60,486 nt of DNA from Clostridia bacterium. Its GTDB lineage: Bacteria > Bacillota > Clostridia > Christensenellales > Borkfalkiaceae. The DNA lies in NCBI GenBank assembly GCA_029062045.1, contig JAIDQV010000032.1, positions 1 to 60,486 of the forward strand, in the 5' to 3' direction. Each line of letters opens with the position of its first letter. The stretch's first letter is position 1. The notes below the pieces were generated by a model, which worked only from the letters and a program-made list of their open reading frames with translations, was not told the DNA's origin and did no database searches. Shown piece by piece: positions 25,376 to 33,757 of the stretch. A program made the position numbers and the translations under genes.

Positions 25376-27196
25376 TCAATCTTCTACTTCTATGCCATAA
25401 CCGTTGCTGATTTTTTCTATTCCGTCGTTTACGCCGAGTATTGTGAAATTAATTTTCCAGCTTCCCTTGTAACGGTAGAACTCAAACAATAAATTGCTAA
25501 CCGTAACGTCATACGACGACGGGTCGAATACATACAGAACTTCGCCCACCTGTAGCGTAAACTTTGCACTGTCGATTTTGGGAACAGCCCTCTTGCGGGA
25601 ATTTTCCAAACTCAATGCCGCAACTATAAATTTAATTCTGTCGGTTTCAAAATCCGTTTTGCTTAAATTTACAGTTATGTCCGAGTAATTTTCAAACTCG
25701 CGCAACTCGATTGATTTATCCAAAGAAACGTTGTTGCCTGCAAATACCAAATCTTTTTCCGACAGTACCTTCCCTTTTGTTGTAACAGGGAATATATAAA
25801 CCCCCGCCAACGCATCGGCCATATTGGCGCTGTATTCGATATGAATATATATCTTTTCGTCTTCGTTGTCTATAGGCGCCCGCTGACCGCGTGTAACAAT
25901 AACTTCTTTGGTCGCCTTTTTACGTTTGTTTTTGTTCTTAGGCGCCGGCGCGGGTGCAGGCTCGGGCTCAGGCTCGTAAGAATAATCGGGGGTATCATCC
26001 CACACGATAGTCCTTCTGTTGGTAGAACGTCTGCGAACAGGTTCGGGCTCGGGCTCGTAATCGGGTTCGGGCTCGTAATCACTCTCGATATCCTCGTCCA
26101 CGTCGGGAACGTTCTCTTCGGCTTGAACGGGTGCCTCTTGCTGTTCTTCGGCAGGTTGCTCTTCCTCGGGTTCCGCCACTTCGGGCTGCGCAGGCGCAAC
26201 CTCAACGGGTGCAGGCGCAGGTGCGGGTTCAAGCTCTTCATCCGAAACCATAAGCCTGTCAAACACCGTTTCGGGGTCGTAGCAATATTCAAGCCCCTCG
26301 AAAAACTTTTTAAAAGTACGCTCTATAGCGGCTTTGCCCGTATAGTTTTCAATTAAATACTCAACTTTCTGCTTCTTCTTTCCCGTCTTGCGCTCCATAT
26401 CCAAAACATAGCGCACCTCTTCCTTGGTGTCGCAAGCAACGCTTCGGGAATTTGTGGAAGATATGAACACAAACGCTTTGCAATTATCTATTGCTTTTTT
26501 TATCGACGTCCAATAATTTTGCGCAGCGTTACGGCCGTGTTGCAGGTTTCTTATTGCAACAAAGCAAGCAAGTCCGTTTTCTTCAAGGTAGTCCACAAGT
26601 TTTTGAACTGTTTCCATATCCTTGCTGGAATAACATATAAACGCGTCGCGCGGAAGCTCGGGGTCGTATACGCAGTCGTTTACCTTTTGCGACTCTTCAT
26701 CGTATTTGGTACGGTATGTAGAGTAAAGCTCAAGGTCTGTGTTTTTATACGCCCGCTCTATAAGATTGCATACAGACATCATATTGCGGCCGTTCAAAGA
26801 TTTCAGCGAAAAATCAAGCACGGTACTAATATCGTCCATATTGCTTTTGACGTCTATAGAATCGAGAAAACTTATTAACGCAGCGTCGTTCTCCTCATTT
26901 GCCGCTTCAAAAAAAGACGCGAAAAAATCTTGCGGAAGATAACCTTTTATCTCTCGGCACAGTCTTAGTATTTGCGCGCTGTCGGTATATTCGTCGCTTA
27001 TTTTTTTCCAAAGCTGCGTGCGCAAATTGGCAACTTTTTCCTGCTTTTCTTTATCGAGAAGTTCGGAAAGCGCCTCGGCTTGTTTTACGAGGGTATCCTC
27101 TTTAAACTGTGTACGGCAAAACTTGCAACGACAGCCGCTTTCGGTTTCTATAATTTCTCCGCCGCATTTAGGACAGGTAAGTTCAGTCAAGTTCAT
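25376..27196 (-). CDS. Zn-ribbon + helical domain + TIR domain + disordered Pro/Glu linker + degenerate TerD-like domain
   Basis: CPKCGG...CKFCRT. The TIR signature DAFICYSSKD...AFVFISSTNSRSVACDTKEEV includes a candidate catalytic Glu. The linker carries EPEP/APAP repeats. The C-terminal 175 aa are colinear with TerD (DLVFAGNN...FEFYRYKGSWKINF...GYGIEV) but lack the GDxxTG/GDDE Ca2+ clusters. Start refined to the ATG at 27196 (RBS AAAGGAAAT). Confidence 0.7.
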   Translation of the reverse strand: MNLTELTCPKCGGEIIETESGCRCKFCRTQFKEDTLVKQAEALSELLDKEKQEKVANLRTQLWKKISDEYTDSAQILRLCREIKGYLPQDFFASFFEAANEENDAALISFLDSIDVKSNMDDISTVLDFSLKSLNGRNMMSVCNLIERAYKNTDLELYSTYRTKYDEESQKVNDCVYDPELPRDAFICYSSKDMETVQKLVDYLEENGLACFVAIRNLQHGRNAAQNYWTSIKKAIDNCKAFVFISSTNSRSVACDTKEEVRYVLDMERKTGKKKQKVEYLIENYTGKAAIERTFKKFFEGLEYCYDPETVFDRLMVSDEELEPAPAPAPVEVAPAQPEVAEPEEEQPAEEQQEAPVQAEENVPDVDEDIESDYEPEPDYEPEPEPVRRRSTNRRTIVWDDTPDYSYEPEPEPAPAPAPKNKNKRKKATKEVIVTRGQRAPIDNEDEKIYIHIEYSANMADALAGVYIFPVTTKGKVLSEKDLVFAGNNVSLDKSIELREFENYSDITVNLSKTDFETDRIKFIVAALSLENSRKRAVPKIDSAKFTLQVGEVLYVFDPSSYDVTVSNLLFEFYRYKGSWKINFTILGVNDGIEKISNGYGIEVED

Positions 27197-27242
27197 ATCA
27201 TATTTCCTTTTCAGAAGAAATAAAAAGCATTCTTTATAAAAT

Positions 27243-27278
27243 GACAAAAATATAGGCAGCTATAATATGCCTATATTT
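27243..27278 (-). terminator. Intra-cluster hairpin + T-run (possible attenuator/partial terminator after the terD pair)
   Basis: On the minus strand: AATATAGGCA-tattatagc-TGCCTATATT followed by TTTTGTCATTTT, in the only long (~100 nt) gap of the cluster. Confidence 0.45.
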
Positions 27279-27298
27279 TGTCTTAGGATATAACTAAA

Positions 27299-27889
27299 TT
27301 AAACGTTAACTCCGTAACGACGGCAAAGAGCTTCAAGTCCGCCCTGATAGCCCGAACCTACGGCGTTGAACTTCCAACCGTCAGCGCTTCTGTAAATTTC
27401 GCATACTACTACTGCGGTTTCGGTAGAGAATTCTTCTCCAAGGTCAAATCTTACGGCTTCGGTGCCGTTTTCGTCGTTTTCGCTGTTTATTTTACATACT
27501 CTTACGTATGCGTTTGAAACCTGACCGAAGTTTTGACGTCTTGCTTTTCCATCGTAAATAGTTACGGTTATAACAATTCTGTCAACGTGTGAAGGTATTC
27601 TCGAGAAATTAATAATAATCTGCTCGTCGTCGCCGTCATCACTGTTACCGCCGGTGGTATCATCGCCAAGCGACCTTACCGCACCCGTATAATGCGCCTG
27701 ATTTCCGTAGAAGATAAAATCTTCGTCCGACGCAACTTTGCCGTTTGCACCGATAAGAAATGCGGAAGCATCCAAATCGAAGTCATAGCCGCCCGAATAG
27801 CGGTTAGGGTCCCAACCGAGCCCTACGAGAGCCAGTCTCATTTTTTTGTCTAAGCTAACTCTTTCACCTTTTTTTAAATTAACACCCAT
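27299..27889 (-). CDS. terD: TerD-family stress protein (Ca2+-binding)
   Basis: MGVNLKKGERVSL...GLGWD...DLDASAFL...GDDTTGGNSDDGDDEQI...EIYRSADGWKFNAVGSGY. This is the canonical TerD pattern, including both acidic Ca2+ motifs. Confidence 0.92.
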   Translation of the reverse strand: MGVNLKKGERVSLDKKMRLALVGLGWDPNRYSGGYDFDLDASAFLIGANGKVASDEDFIFYGNQAHYTGAVRSLGDDTTGGNSDDGDDEQIIINFSRIPSHVDRIVITVTIYDGKARRQNFGQVSNAYVRVCKINSENDENGTEAVRFDLGEEFSTETAVVVCEIYRSADGWKFNAVGSGYQGGLEALCRRYGVNV

Positions 27890-27917
27890 TTTTCTATCTC
27901 CTTTAATTTTTTACTTA

Positions 27918-28520
27918 TTACTGAAAGCGTGCAGCCATATCGATGATACTGTTATCGTTAGTAGGCTGACCTATGGCGTTAAATTTCCACTCGCCCTGGC
28001 TGCGGTACAGTTCGCCGACAACCATAGCCGTCTTGCCATAGTAATTTTCGGAAAGATTAAATTTGCAAAGCTCTCTTCCGTTTCTGCCGTCGCATACGCG
28101 GATGAATGCGTTTCTGATAAGTCCGAAGTGCTGTTTACGCTCGTACGCCTGATAAATAGTTACGACGAAAACAATTCTGTCGTATATCTGGGGTAATGCG
28201 TCGAGATTTACGAAAATCTGCTCGTCGTCGCCTTCGCCGGCACCCGTTAAGTTGTCGCCCTGGTGAACTACCGTTCCCGTATAGTGGCGCAGGTTATTAT
28301 AGAATACAAGGTCCTTCTTATCAACAAGTTTACCGTTCTGGCAAAGTATCGCACTTGCATCGCAGTCTATATCTGCGGGAGGTGCGGAAAACAACGAAGA
28401 GAAGAAACCTCTCTTTTGTTCAACTTCGTCCCAACCGAGTCCGACCATTACGTTTGTTAACGAATCGCCGCCCTCTTTGCGCAAATTGATTTTTTGCCCT
28501 TTTACTAAATTAACGCTCAT
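27918..28520 (-). CDS. terD: TerD-family stress protein (paralog)
   Basis: MSVNLVKGQKINL...GLGWD...DIDCDASAIL...GDNLTGAGEGDDEQI...ELYRSQGEWKFNAIGQ. Confidence 0.92.
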   Translation of the reverse strand: MSVNLVKGQKINLRKEGGDSLTNVMVGLGWDEVEQKRGFFSSLFSAPPADIDCDASAILCQNGKLVDKKDLVFYNNLRHYTGTVVHQGDNLTGAGEGDDEQIFVNLDALPQIYDRIVFVVTIYQAYERKQHFGLIRNAFIRVCDGRNGRELCKFNLSENYYGKTAMVVGELYRSQGEWKFNAIGQPTNDNSIIDMAARFQ

Positions 28521-28576
28521 ATTTTTCTCCTTTGTTTTATTAATTTATACGGATAAGAAATCCAATTTAATTAGAT

Positions 28577-31327
28577 TTAAGCTGCCTTGGACTCGTAATC
28601 GTCTTTGGTTTCAGAGTCCTCGGTTACGTTTGACGAAGTTACTACTTCGGCTACTTTTACGGTCTTCTTTTTGCTTATCGCTTTTACTATTGCCTTTCTC
28701 AACAAATCTACGGGAATAATGCTTATAGACATAACAAGCACTACCGCCCACTCTACAAGGTTGAGTCCGTAGCAGTTGAAAATTACGTTTCCGAGATAGG
28801 TCATAATAATCTGTACTGCCGCAATGACGCCGATAACGATAAGGAAGCCTTTGTTTTTGCTTATATTCTTAAATAAGTTGAATTCCTCTGTTCTTGCGTT
28901 GAACGCATTGAACACCGATGTGAAAATGAAGAATGCGAAATAACCGGTAAGTAAATATTTATCTGCGGGGTCATCCCTGAAGAAGTCTCTTACGAAGGGA
29001 ACGAAAAGAAGCACCATACTAAGTCCGAACGTCCACAGACAGCCCGTTATAATAGAGCTCCACATGTAGGGGCTTACGATAGCCTCGTCCCTGCGCTTGG
29101 GCTTTTCGTGCATATACTTTTTAAGTGCAGGTTCGCCGCCGAACGCAAGCGCCGCAAGCGTATCCATTACGAGGTTTACCCAAAGTATCTGGGTAATCGT
29201 CAACGGTGTTTCCACACTGAGAAGAGGACAAATGAACGAAATAAGCACCGCCGCTATGTTTATGGTAAGCTGGAAAATTATGAATTTTCTTATGCTGTTG
29301 AAAATCGTTCTTCCGTATAAAATAGCCTTTTGGATAGAGCTGAAATTATCGTCGAGAACAACTACTTCGCTGGCTTCCTTTGCTACTTCGGTACCGCCGC
29401 CCATAGCAAAGCCTACGTCCGCACTCTTCAACGCGGGTGAATCGTTTACGCCGTCGCCCGTCATACCTACTACAAGGTTAAGCTCCTGCGCAAGTTTTAC
29501 AAGCCTGCTCTTATCGGAAGGCAACGCTCTTGCAACCACGCGAATTTTGGGGATAATTGCCTTGACCTCTTCGTCGCTGAGTTGCGCAAGTTCCGCAGAG
29601 GTAAGCACCATGTCGTCTTCGTTCTTTAAAAGCCCTACTTCTTTTGCAATGGCAACCGCGGTATTTTTACCGTCGCCGGTAATCATAACTACCTGCACGC
29701 CTGCCGCATGCACCTCGGCAATCGCGGCAACGGATTCGGGTCTTACGTCGTCCTTTATCTCCGCCACGCCTACCAGCGTATAATCGCCTTCGGGCAAACA
29801 ATCGTCTTTAATAACGCCGTCGCAAGTTGCAAACGCCAACACTCTTATGGATTTATCCGCAAGCTCGTTTATTTTATCGTAGATTGCGGGGAGTTTGTCC
29901 TTTAAGAGTTTTTTACTGCCCGTTACGTCGTAATAATACTTGCACTTTTCAAGTATTTTCTCGGGCGCGCCCTTTAATAAAGTTCCGTTGTAATCGCCCT
30001 TTACACTGCAAGCCGAATATTTATTCAAACTTGTAAAAGGTATATTGCCTTCAACGCTTTCGTTTAATTGAATGTCACTGTCAAGCACGTATTGAAGAAG
30101 GGCTCTTTCGGTCATGTTTCCGCCGATAACCTTCCTGTGCTCGCCGCTGCCCGAAATTTCAGCCAAGGTATTATAACTGATTCCTACGGCTACGTGTTTT
30201 CTCAAATTTTCGGGAATTTCCGCAAGTGTTTTGGTTTCGTTACATTCACCGTCTATAAAACCTATTGTTTCAAGCTGACCTTTGGTTATAGTACCCGTCT
30301 TATCACTGAAAAGGATGTTTAAGCTGCCTGCCGTTTCGATACCGGACACCTTTCTTACAAGGACGTTGTCTTTGAGCATCTTGCCCATATTCTGAGCAGA
30401 CACAATGGCTATCATAAGAGGCAATCCTTCGGGAACCGCCATTACTATGATTATTACGGCGAGCATAACAGCCTCAACGGCGTCGTTTGCTATGTTCATC
30501 CAATTCGAGAAGTACTCTTGCAGTTGTGCAGCATCAAACGCGTTGTGAATAAGCACACGCTGGAAAAGGAACGCAACCGCAATGGCAACGCCGCCGATAT
30601 ATCCGAACATGCTTATCTGTTTTGCAAGTTTACCGAGCTTTAACTTTAACGGGGTTTCCCTGTCGTCCTCTTCCTGCAATTCGCTGGCAATTTTACCGTA
30701 AACGGTGCTATCGCCAACCGTAGTTACCTGCATTACAGCATTGCCGCCGCAAACGGCCGAGCCTCTGAATATTTTATGTAAATCACTGAAATCGGTATTG
30801 CCGTCGTCGGTATAGCCTTCGGGCACGCAGGTTTTGGTAAATTCTTTAGCCTCGCCGTTTAAAACCGACTGGTCCACCTGCAACGTACCGTCAACGATAT
30901 AACCGTCGGCAGGAACTTTATCTCCGCCTTGAAGCAACACGCAGTCGCCTACAACTATATCGTCTATGCTTATTTCGACGATTTCGCCGTTACGGTAAAC
31001 CTTGCATTTTATTTGCGACGCTTCGTCCTGCAATTTTTTGAATGCGTTTTCGTTCTTATATTCAGAAAACGTGGATACTAACGTAGCCAATAAAACCGCG
31101 GCAGCTATGCCGACAGATTCGTACCAGGCTACCTGTCCCAAAATGGCGAATACTACGTTGATAATCAATGCAACGCACAGTATTTTAATCATGGGGTCGT
31201 TAAAATTGCCCAATAATTTACGCCAAAACCCTTCACGCTTTTGTTCGGTCAACTGGTTTTTACCAAACTTTTCGCGCGATTGCTCAACCTCAGAATCGTT
31301 CAAACCGAATTTTTTCATACTACTCAC
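28577..31327 (-). CDS. P-type (P2) Ca2+-transporting ATPase
   Basis: DKTGTIT phosphorylation site, TM4 VPEGLP, hinge MTGDGVNDSPAL, and TGD/KGAPE-type motifs. 916 aa with 10 predicted TM helices. Confidence 0.88.
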   Translation of the reverse strand: MSSMKKFGLNDSEVEQSREKFGKNQLTEQKREGFWRKLLGNFNDPMIKILCVALIINVVFAILGQVAWYESVGIAAAVLLATLVSTFSEYKNENAFKKLQDEASQIKCKVYRNGEIVEISIDDIVVGDCVLLQGGDKVPADGYIVDGTLQVDQSVLNGEAKEFTKTCVPEGYTDDGNTDFSDLHKIFRGSAVCGGNAVMQVTTVGDSTVYGKIASELQEEDDRETPLKLKLGKLAKQISMFGYIGGVAIAVAFLFQRVLIHNAFDAAQLQEYFSNWMNIANDAVEAVMLAVIIIVMAVPEGLPLMIAIVSAQNMGKMLKDNVLVRKVSGIETAGSLNILFSDKTGTITKGQLETIGFIDGECNETKTLAEIPENLRKHVAVGISYNTLAEISGSGEHRKVIGGNMTERALLQYVLDSDIQLNESVEGNIPFTSLNKYSACSVKGDYNGTLLKGAPEKILEKCKYYYDVTGSKKLLKDKLPAIYDKINELADKSIRVLAFATCDGVIKDDCLPEGDYTLVGVAEIKDDVRPESVAAIAEVHAAGVQVVMITGDGKNTAVAIAKEVGLLKNEDDMVLTSAELAQLSDEEVKAIIPKIRVVARALPSDKSRLVKLAQELNLVVGMTGDGVNDSPALKSADVGFAMGGGTEVAKEASEVVVLDDNFSSIQKAILYGRTIFNSIRKFIIFQLTINIAAVLISFICPLLSVETPLTITQILWVNLVMDTLAALAFGGEPALKKYMHEKPKRRDEAIVSPYMWSSIITGCLWTFGLSMVLLFVPFVRDFFRDDPADKYLLTGYFAFFIFTSVFNAFNARTEEFNLFKNISKNKGFLIVIGVIAAVQIIMTYLGNVIFNCYGLNLVEWAVVLVMSISIIPVDLLRKAIVKAISKKKTVKVAEVVTSSNVTEDSETKDDYESKAA

Positions 31328-31370
31328 TCTCTAAATTTCATCTGTTAAGCAGATTATTTATCAATGTTAT

Positions 31371-31399
31371 ATTATAATACCAAGGCGGGGGCTTGTCAA
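31371..31399 (-). promoter_or_regulatory. Consensus sigma-70-type promoter for the Ca2+-ATPase/Ter/ESCRT-like cluster
   Basis: The minus strand reads TTGACA-agcccccgccttggtat(17 nt)-TATAAT, about 45 nt upstream of the ATG at 31327. Confidence 0.65.
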
Positions 31400-31442
31400 C
31401 CCTATTATAAAATATTTCGACAAAAATCGTTGCGTACGTTCA

Positions 31443-31471
31443 ATAAAAACGAGGCAGTAAAATTACCTGCC
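31443..31471 (-). terminator. Rho-independent terminator after sugar ABC ATPase gene
   Basis: Minus strand GGCAGG-taatttta-CTGCC followed by TCGTTTTTATT. It insulates the fructan locus from the Ter cluster. Confidence 0.65.
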
Positions 31472-31493
31472 CCGTTCTTTTATAATCTGTTGT

Positions 31494-32795
31494 TTATTTT
31501 TCCTCGGAAGGCTGTTCGTTGCCGTTGTCCGTCTTTTCTTCGGACGGCTTTTCGGCCTTCTTTTTCTTATTAACCAATCCCTTTACCGCGCCTACCGCTT
31601 TTGCAAAAAGTCCCTGCGGTTCCTGTTTTACGATTACCACGTTGTCATCATCCAATGACTTCGTCACTTCCACTTCCTCGTACTCGCAGTACTCGGGCGT
31701 AATGGCTTTCGTCGTGGTTTCGTTGAAGAAGCGCTCGTAAGAATGTTCGATGGCAACTTTGATGACGTCGTTTTCTTTAATGACGTACTTGTTAGGCATC
31801 TTGACAACGACTTCCGTTTCGCCTACCTTGCCGTGTACGTTGAGAATATCGCCGAGCAACTCTATAATGCCGACCTTAATTTCAAACGACGTTGCCTTGA
31901 ATCTTTCAAAACGCTCGTCCTGTTCGAAAATAAGATTTTCGGGACGGATACCGTATACAAGACCGTGTCCCTCGTAATTTTTAATAAGTTTCATCTGGTC
32001 GGGAAGAATTTTGATTTTCTGGTCCGAGCCGTTAATCTTGAATACGCCGTTCTCTAACTTTCCGTAAAGGAAATTCATAGCAGGCGTACCTACGAATCCT
32101 GCAACGAACATATTTGCGGGATGCTGATATACTTCGTTGGGCGAGCCTATCTGCTGAATAAATCCGTCCTTCATTACGACTATACGGGAAGCCATGGTCA
32201 TAGCCTCGATTTGGTCGTGCGTAACGTAGATAGTCGTTGCGCCGACTTCCTCGTGAATACGCACGATTTCGCTTCTCATCGCAACGCGGAGTTTTGCGTC
32301 GAGGTTGGACAAAGGTTCGTCCATCAAGAAGACCTTAGGTCTTCTGACTATCGACCTGCCGAGCGCCACACGCTGTCTTTGACCGCCCGAAAGAGCGCGG
32401 GGCTTTCTGTCAAGGTAGGGCGTAAGTTTCAAAATTGCCGCCGCCTCGCGTACCCTTTTGTCTATTTCCTCTTTGGGCACTTTACGAAGTTTAAGCGCAT
32501 AAGCCATATTGTTATAAACGGTCATCTGCGGATAGAGCGCATAGCTTTGGAAAACCATTGCAATGTCCCTGTCCTTAGGCGCGGCGCTGTTCATAATTTT
32601 ACCGTCAATCAGAAAATCACCGTAGGAAATTTCTTCAAGTCCCGCAATCATTCTAAGCGTTGTCGATTTACCGCAACCCGAAGGACCGACGAATACGATG
32701 AATTCTTTATCCTTGATATCGATTGAGAAATCGTGAACGGCGTGCACACCGCCGTCGTAAACTTTATTTACGTTAATAAGTTGAACAGAAGCCAT
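31494..32795 (-). CDS. Sugar ABC transporter ATP-binding protein (MsmK/UgpC/MalK-like) with Lys/Glu-rich C-terminal tail
   Basis: Walker A GPSGCGKST, signature LSGGQRQRV, Walker B VFLMDEPLS. About 60 extra C-terminal residues (KKKKAEKPSEEKTDNGNEQPSEEK). Confidence 0.9.
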   Translation of the reverse strand: MASVQLINVNKVYDGGVHAVHDFSIDIKDKEFIVFVGPSGCGKSTTLRMIAGLEEISYGDFLIDGKIMNSAAPKDRDIAMVFQSYALYPQMTVYNNMAYALKLRKVPKEEIDKRVREAAAILKLTPYLDRKPRALSGGQRQRVALGRSIVRRPKVFLMDEPLSNLDAKLRVAMRSEIVRIHEEVGATTIYVTHDQIEAMTMASRIVVMKDGFIQQIGSPNEVYQHPANMFVAGFVGTPAMNFLYGKLENGVFKINGSDQKIKILPDQMKLIKNYEGHGLVYGIRPENLIFEQDERFERFKATSFEIKVGIIELLGDILNVHGKVGETEVVVKMPNKYVIKENDVIKVAIEHSYERFFNETTTKAITPEYCEYEEVEVTKSLDDDNVVIVKQEPQGLFAKAVGAVKGLVNKKKKAEKPSEEKTDNGNEQPSEEK

Positions 32796-32797
32796 TT

Positions 32798-33757
32798 TTA
32801 TTTTACCGCCTTATCTATATTTTTTCTGTTTCCCATTGCGGGAATTGCTCCGTAGCCTGTGGTTGTGTACGCGCCGCACTTGCACGCAAAGTCAAGTATT
32901 TTTGCGTAGTCGGTTTTATTGTTTATAAGTCCGTCTACCGAAAGCCCCTCTTCCATTATCTGAGCTATCGCCCCGCCGAAGAAGCTGTCGCCCGCGCCCG
33001 TTGTGTCAACGGTTTTTACGCTGTACCCCGCGCACTTATATTCTCTACCGTCCGCAAGATACAATTTTGCGCCGTGCCCGCCGTCGGTAACGAAAAGAAG
33101 TTTCAGCTTACCTGTAAACAGCTTTTTAACCGCCTCTTGTTCGGGCATATCCGTTATGAATTCGAGTTCGTCTTTCCCGACTTTCATTACGTCGGCATAT
33201 TTTGAAAACTCATTCACTACGGATTTAAGCTCTTCACTGCTTTCCCAAAGATTAAATCTCAGATTAGGGTCGAAGCAAATTACCGCTTTCGCACTTTCGG
33301 CGTTATTTATAAGCCAACTGTGTACGTCTCTTGCCTGTCGGGTTTTAAGCGCCACGCTGCCGAATTCCAGAACGTCGCCCTCGTTGAATTTGACGCCCTT
33401 GAAATCTTCTACCGTAAAATGCAAATCCGCCGCCGCTTTTCTGTAAAAGCTGAACTCTCTTTCACCGTTTTGCTGAAAGCTGACAAACGCAAGCGAGGTG
33501 TCGTATTCGTCGCTTTTAGAGATAAACTCTGTGTCAATCCCTTCGGCTTTAAGAGTGTCGATTAAAAATTCGCCGAAGCCGTCGTTGCCGACCTTTGTAA
33601 GATACGCGGCTTTCTGACCGAGTTTAACTGCCTGAACGCACACGTTCGCAGGCGCACCGCCCGCATTTTTCACGAACTGCTTGGTTTCTTTAAGTCCGCC
33701 GTAGCCGACGGATTGAAAGTCTATCAAAAGCTCGCCTATCGAAAACAACTTACTCAT
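32798..33757 (-). CDS. PfkB-family fructokinase
   Basis: GGAPANV near the N-terminus and DTTGAGDSF (PfkB signature 2). Located next to GH32 genes. Confidence 0.85.
   Translation of the reverse strand: MSKLFSIGELLIDFQSVGYGGLKETKQFVKNAGGAPANVCVQAVKLGQKAAYLTKVGNDGFGEFLIDTLKAEGIDTEFISKSDEYDTSLAFVSFQQNGEREFSFYRKAAADLHFTVEDFKGVKFNEGDVLEFGSVALKTRQARDVHSWLINNAESAKAVICFDPNLRFNLWESSEELKSVVNEFSKYADVMKVGKDELEFITDMPEQEAVKKLFTGKLKLLFVTDGGHGAKLYLADGREYKCAGYSVKTVDTTGAGDSFFGGAIAQIMEEGLSVDGLINNKTDYAKILDFACKCGAYTTTGYGAIPAMGNRKNIDKAVK

Larger units (their letters stand above)
12840..31327 (-). other. 16-gene co-directional Ter / ESCRT-III-Vps4-like / TIR cluster (candidate novel system)
   Basis: All ORFs are on the minus strand. 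A consensus promoter lies at 31371-31399 and a terminator at 12790-12823. Junctions are mostly -4 to +15 nt. Confidence 0.6.

Noticed and set aside
25907-26242. Short tandem DNA repeats (ggctcgggctcgtaa-type) and an alternative-frame ORF, 25870..26292. I considered a CRISPR-like or VNTR element.
   Set aside because: The repeats are irregular and in frame, encoding the EPEP/APAP disordered linker of the TIR-TerD protein. There is no repeat-spacer periodicity. The alternative ORFs are by-products of the low-complexity sequence.
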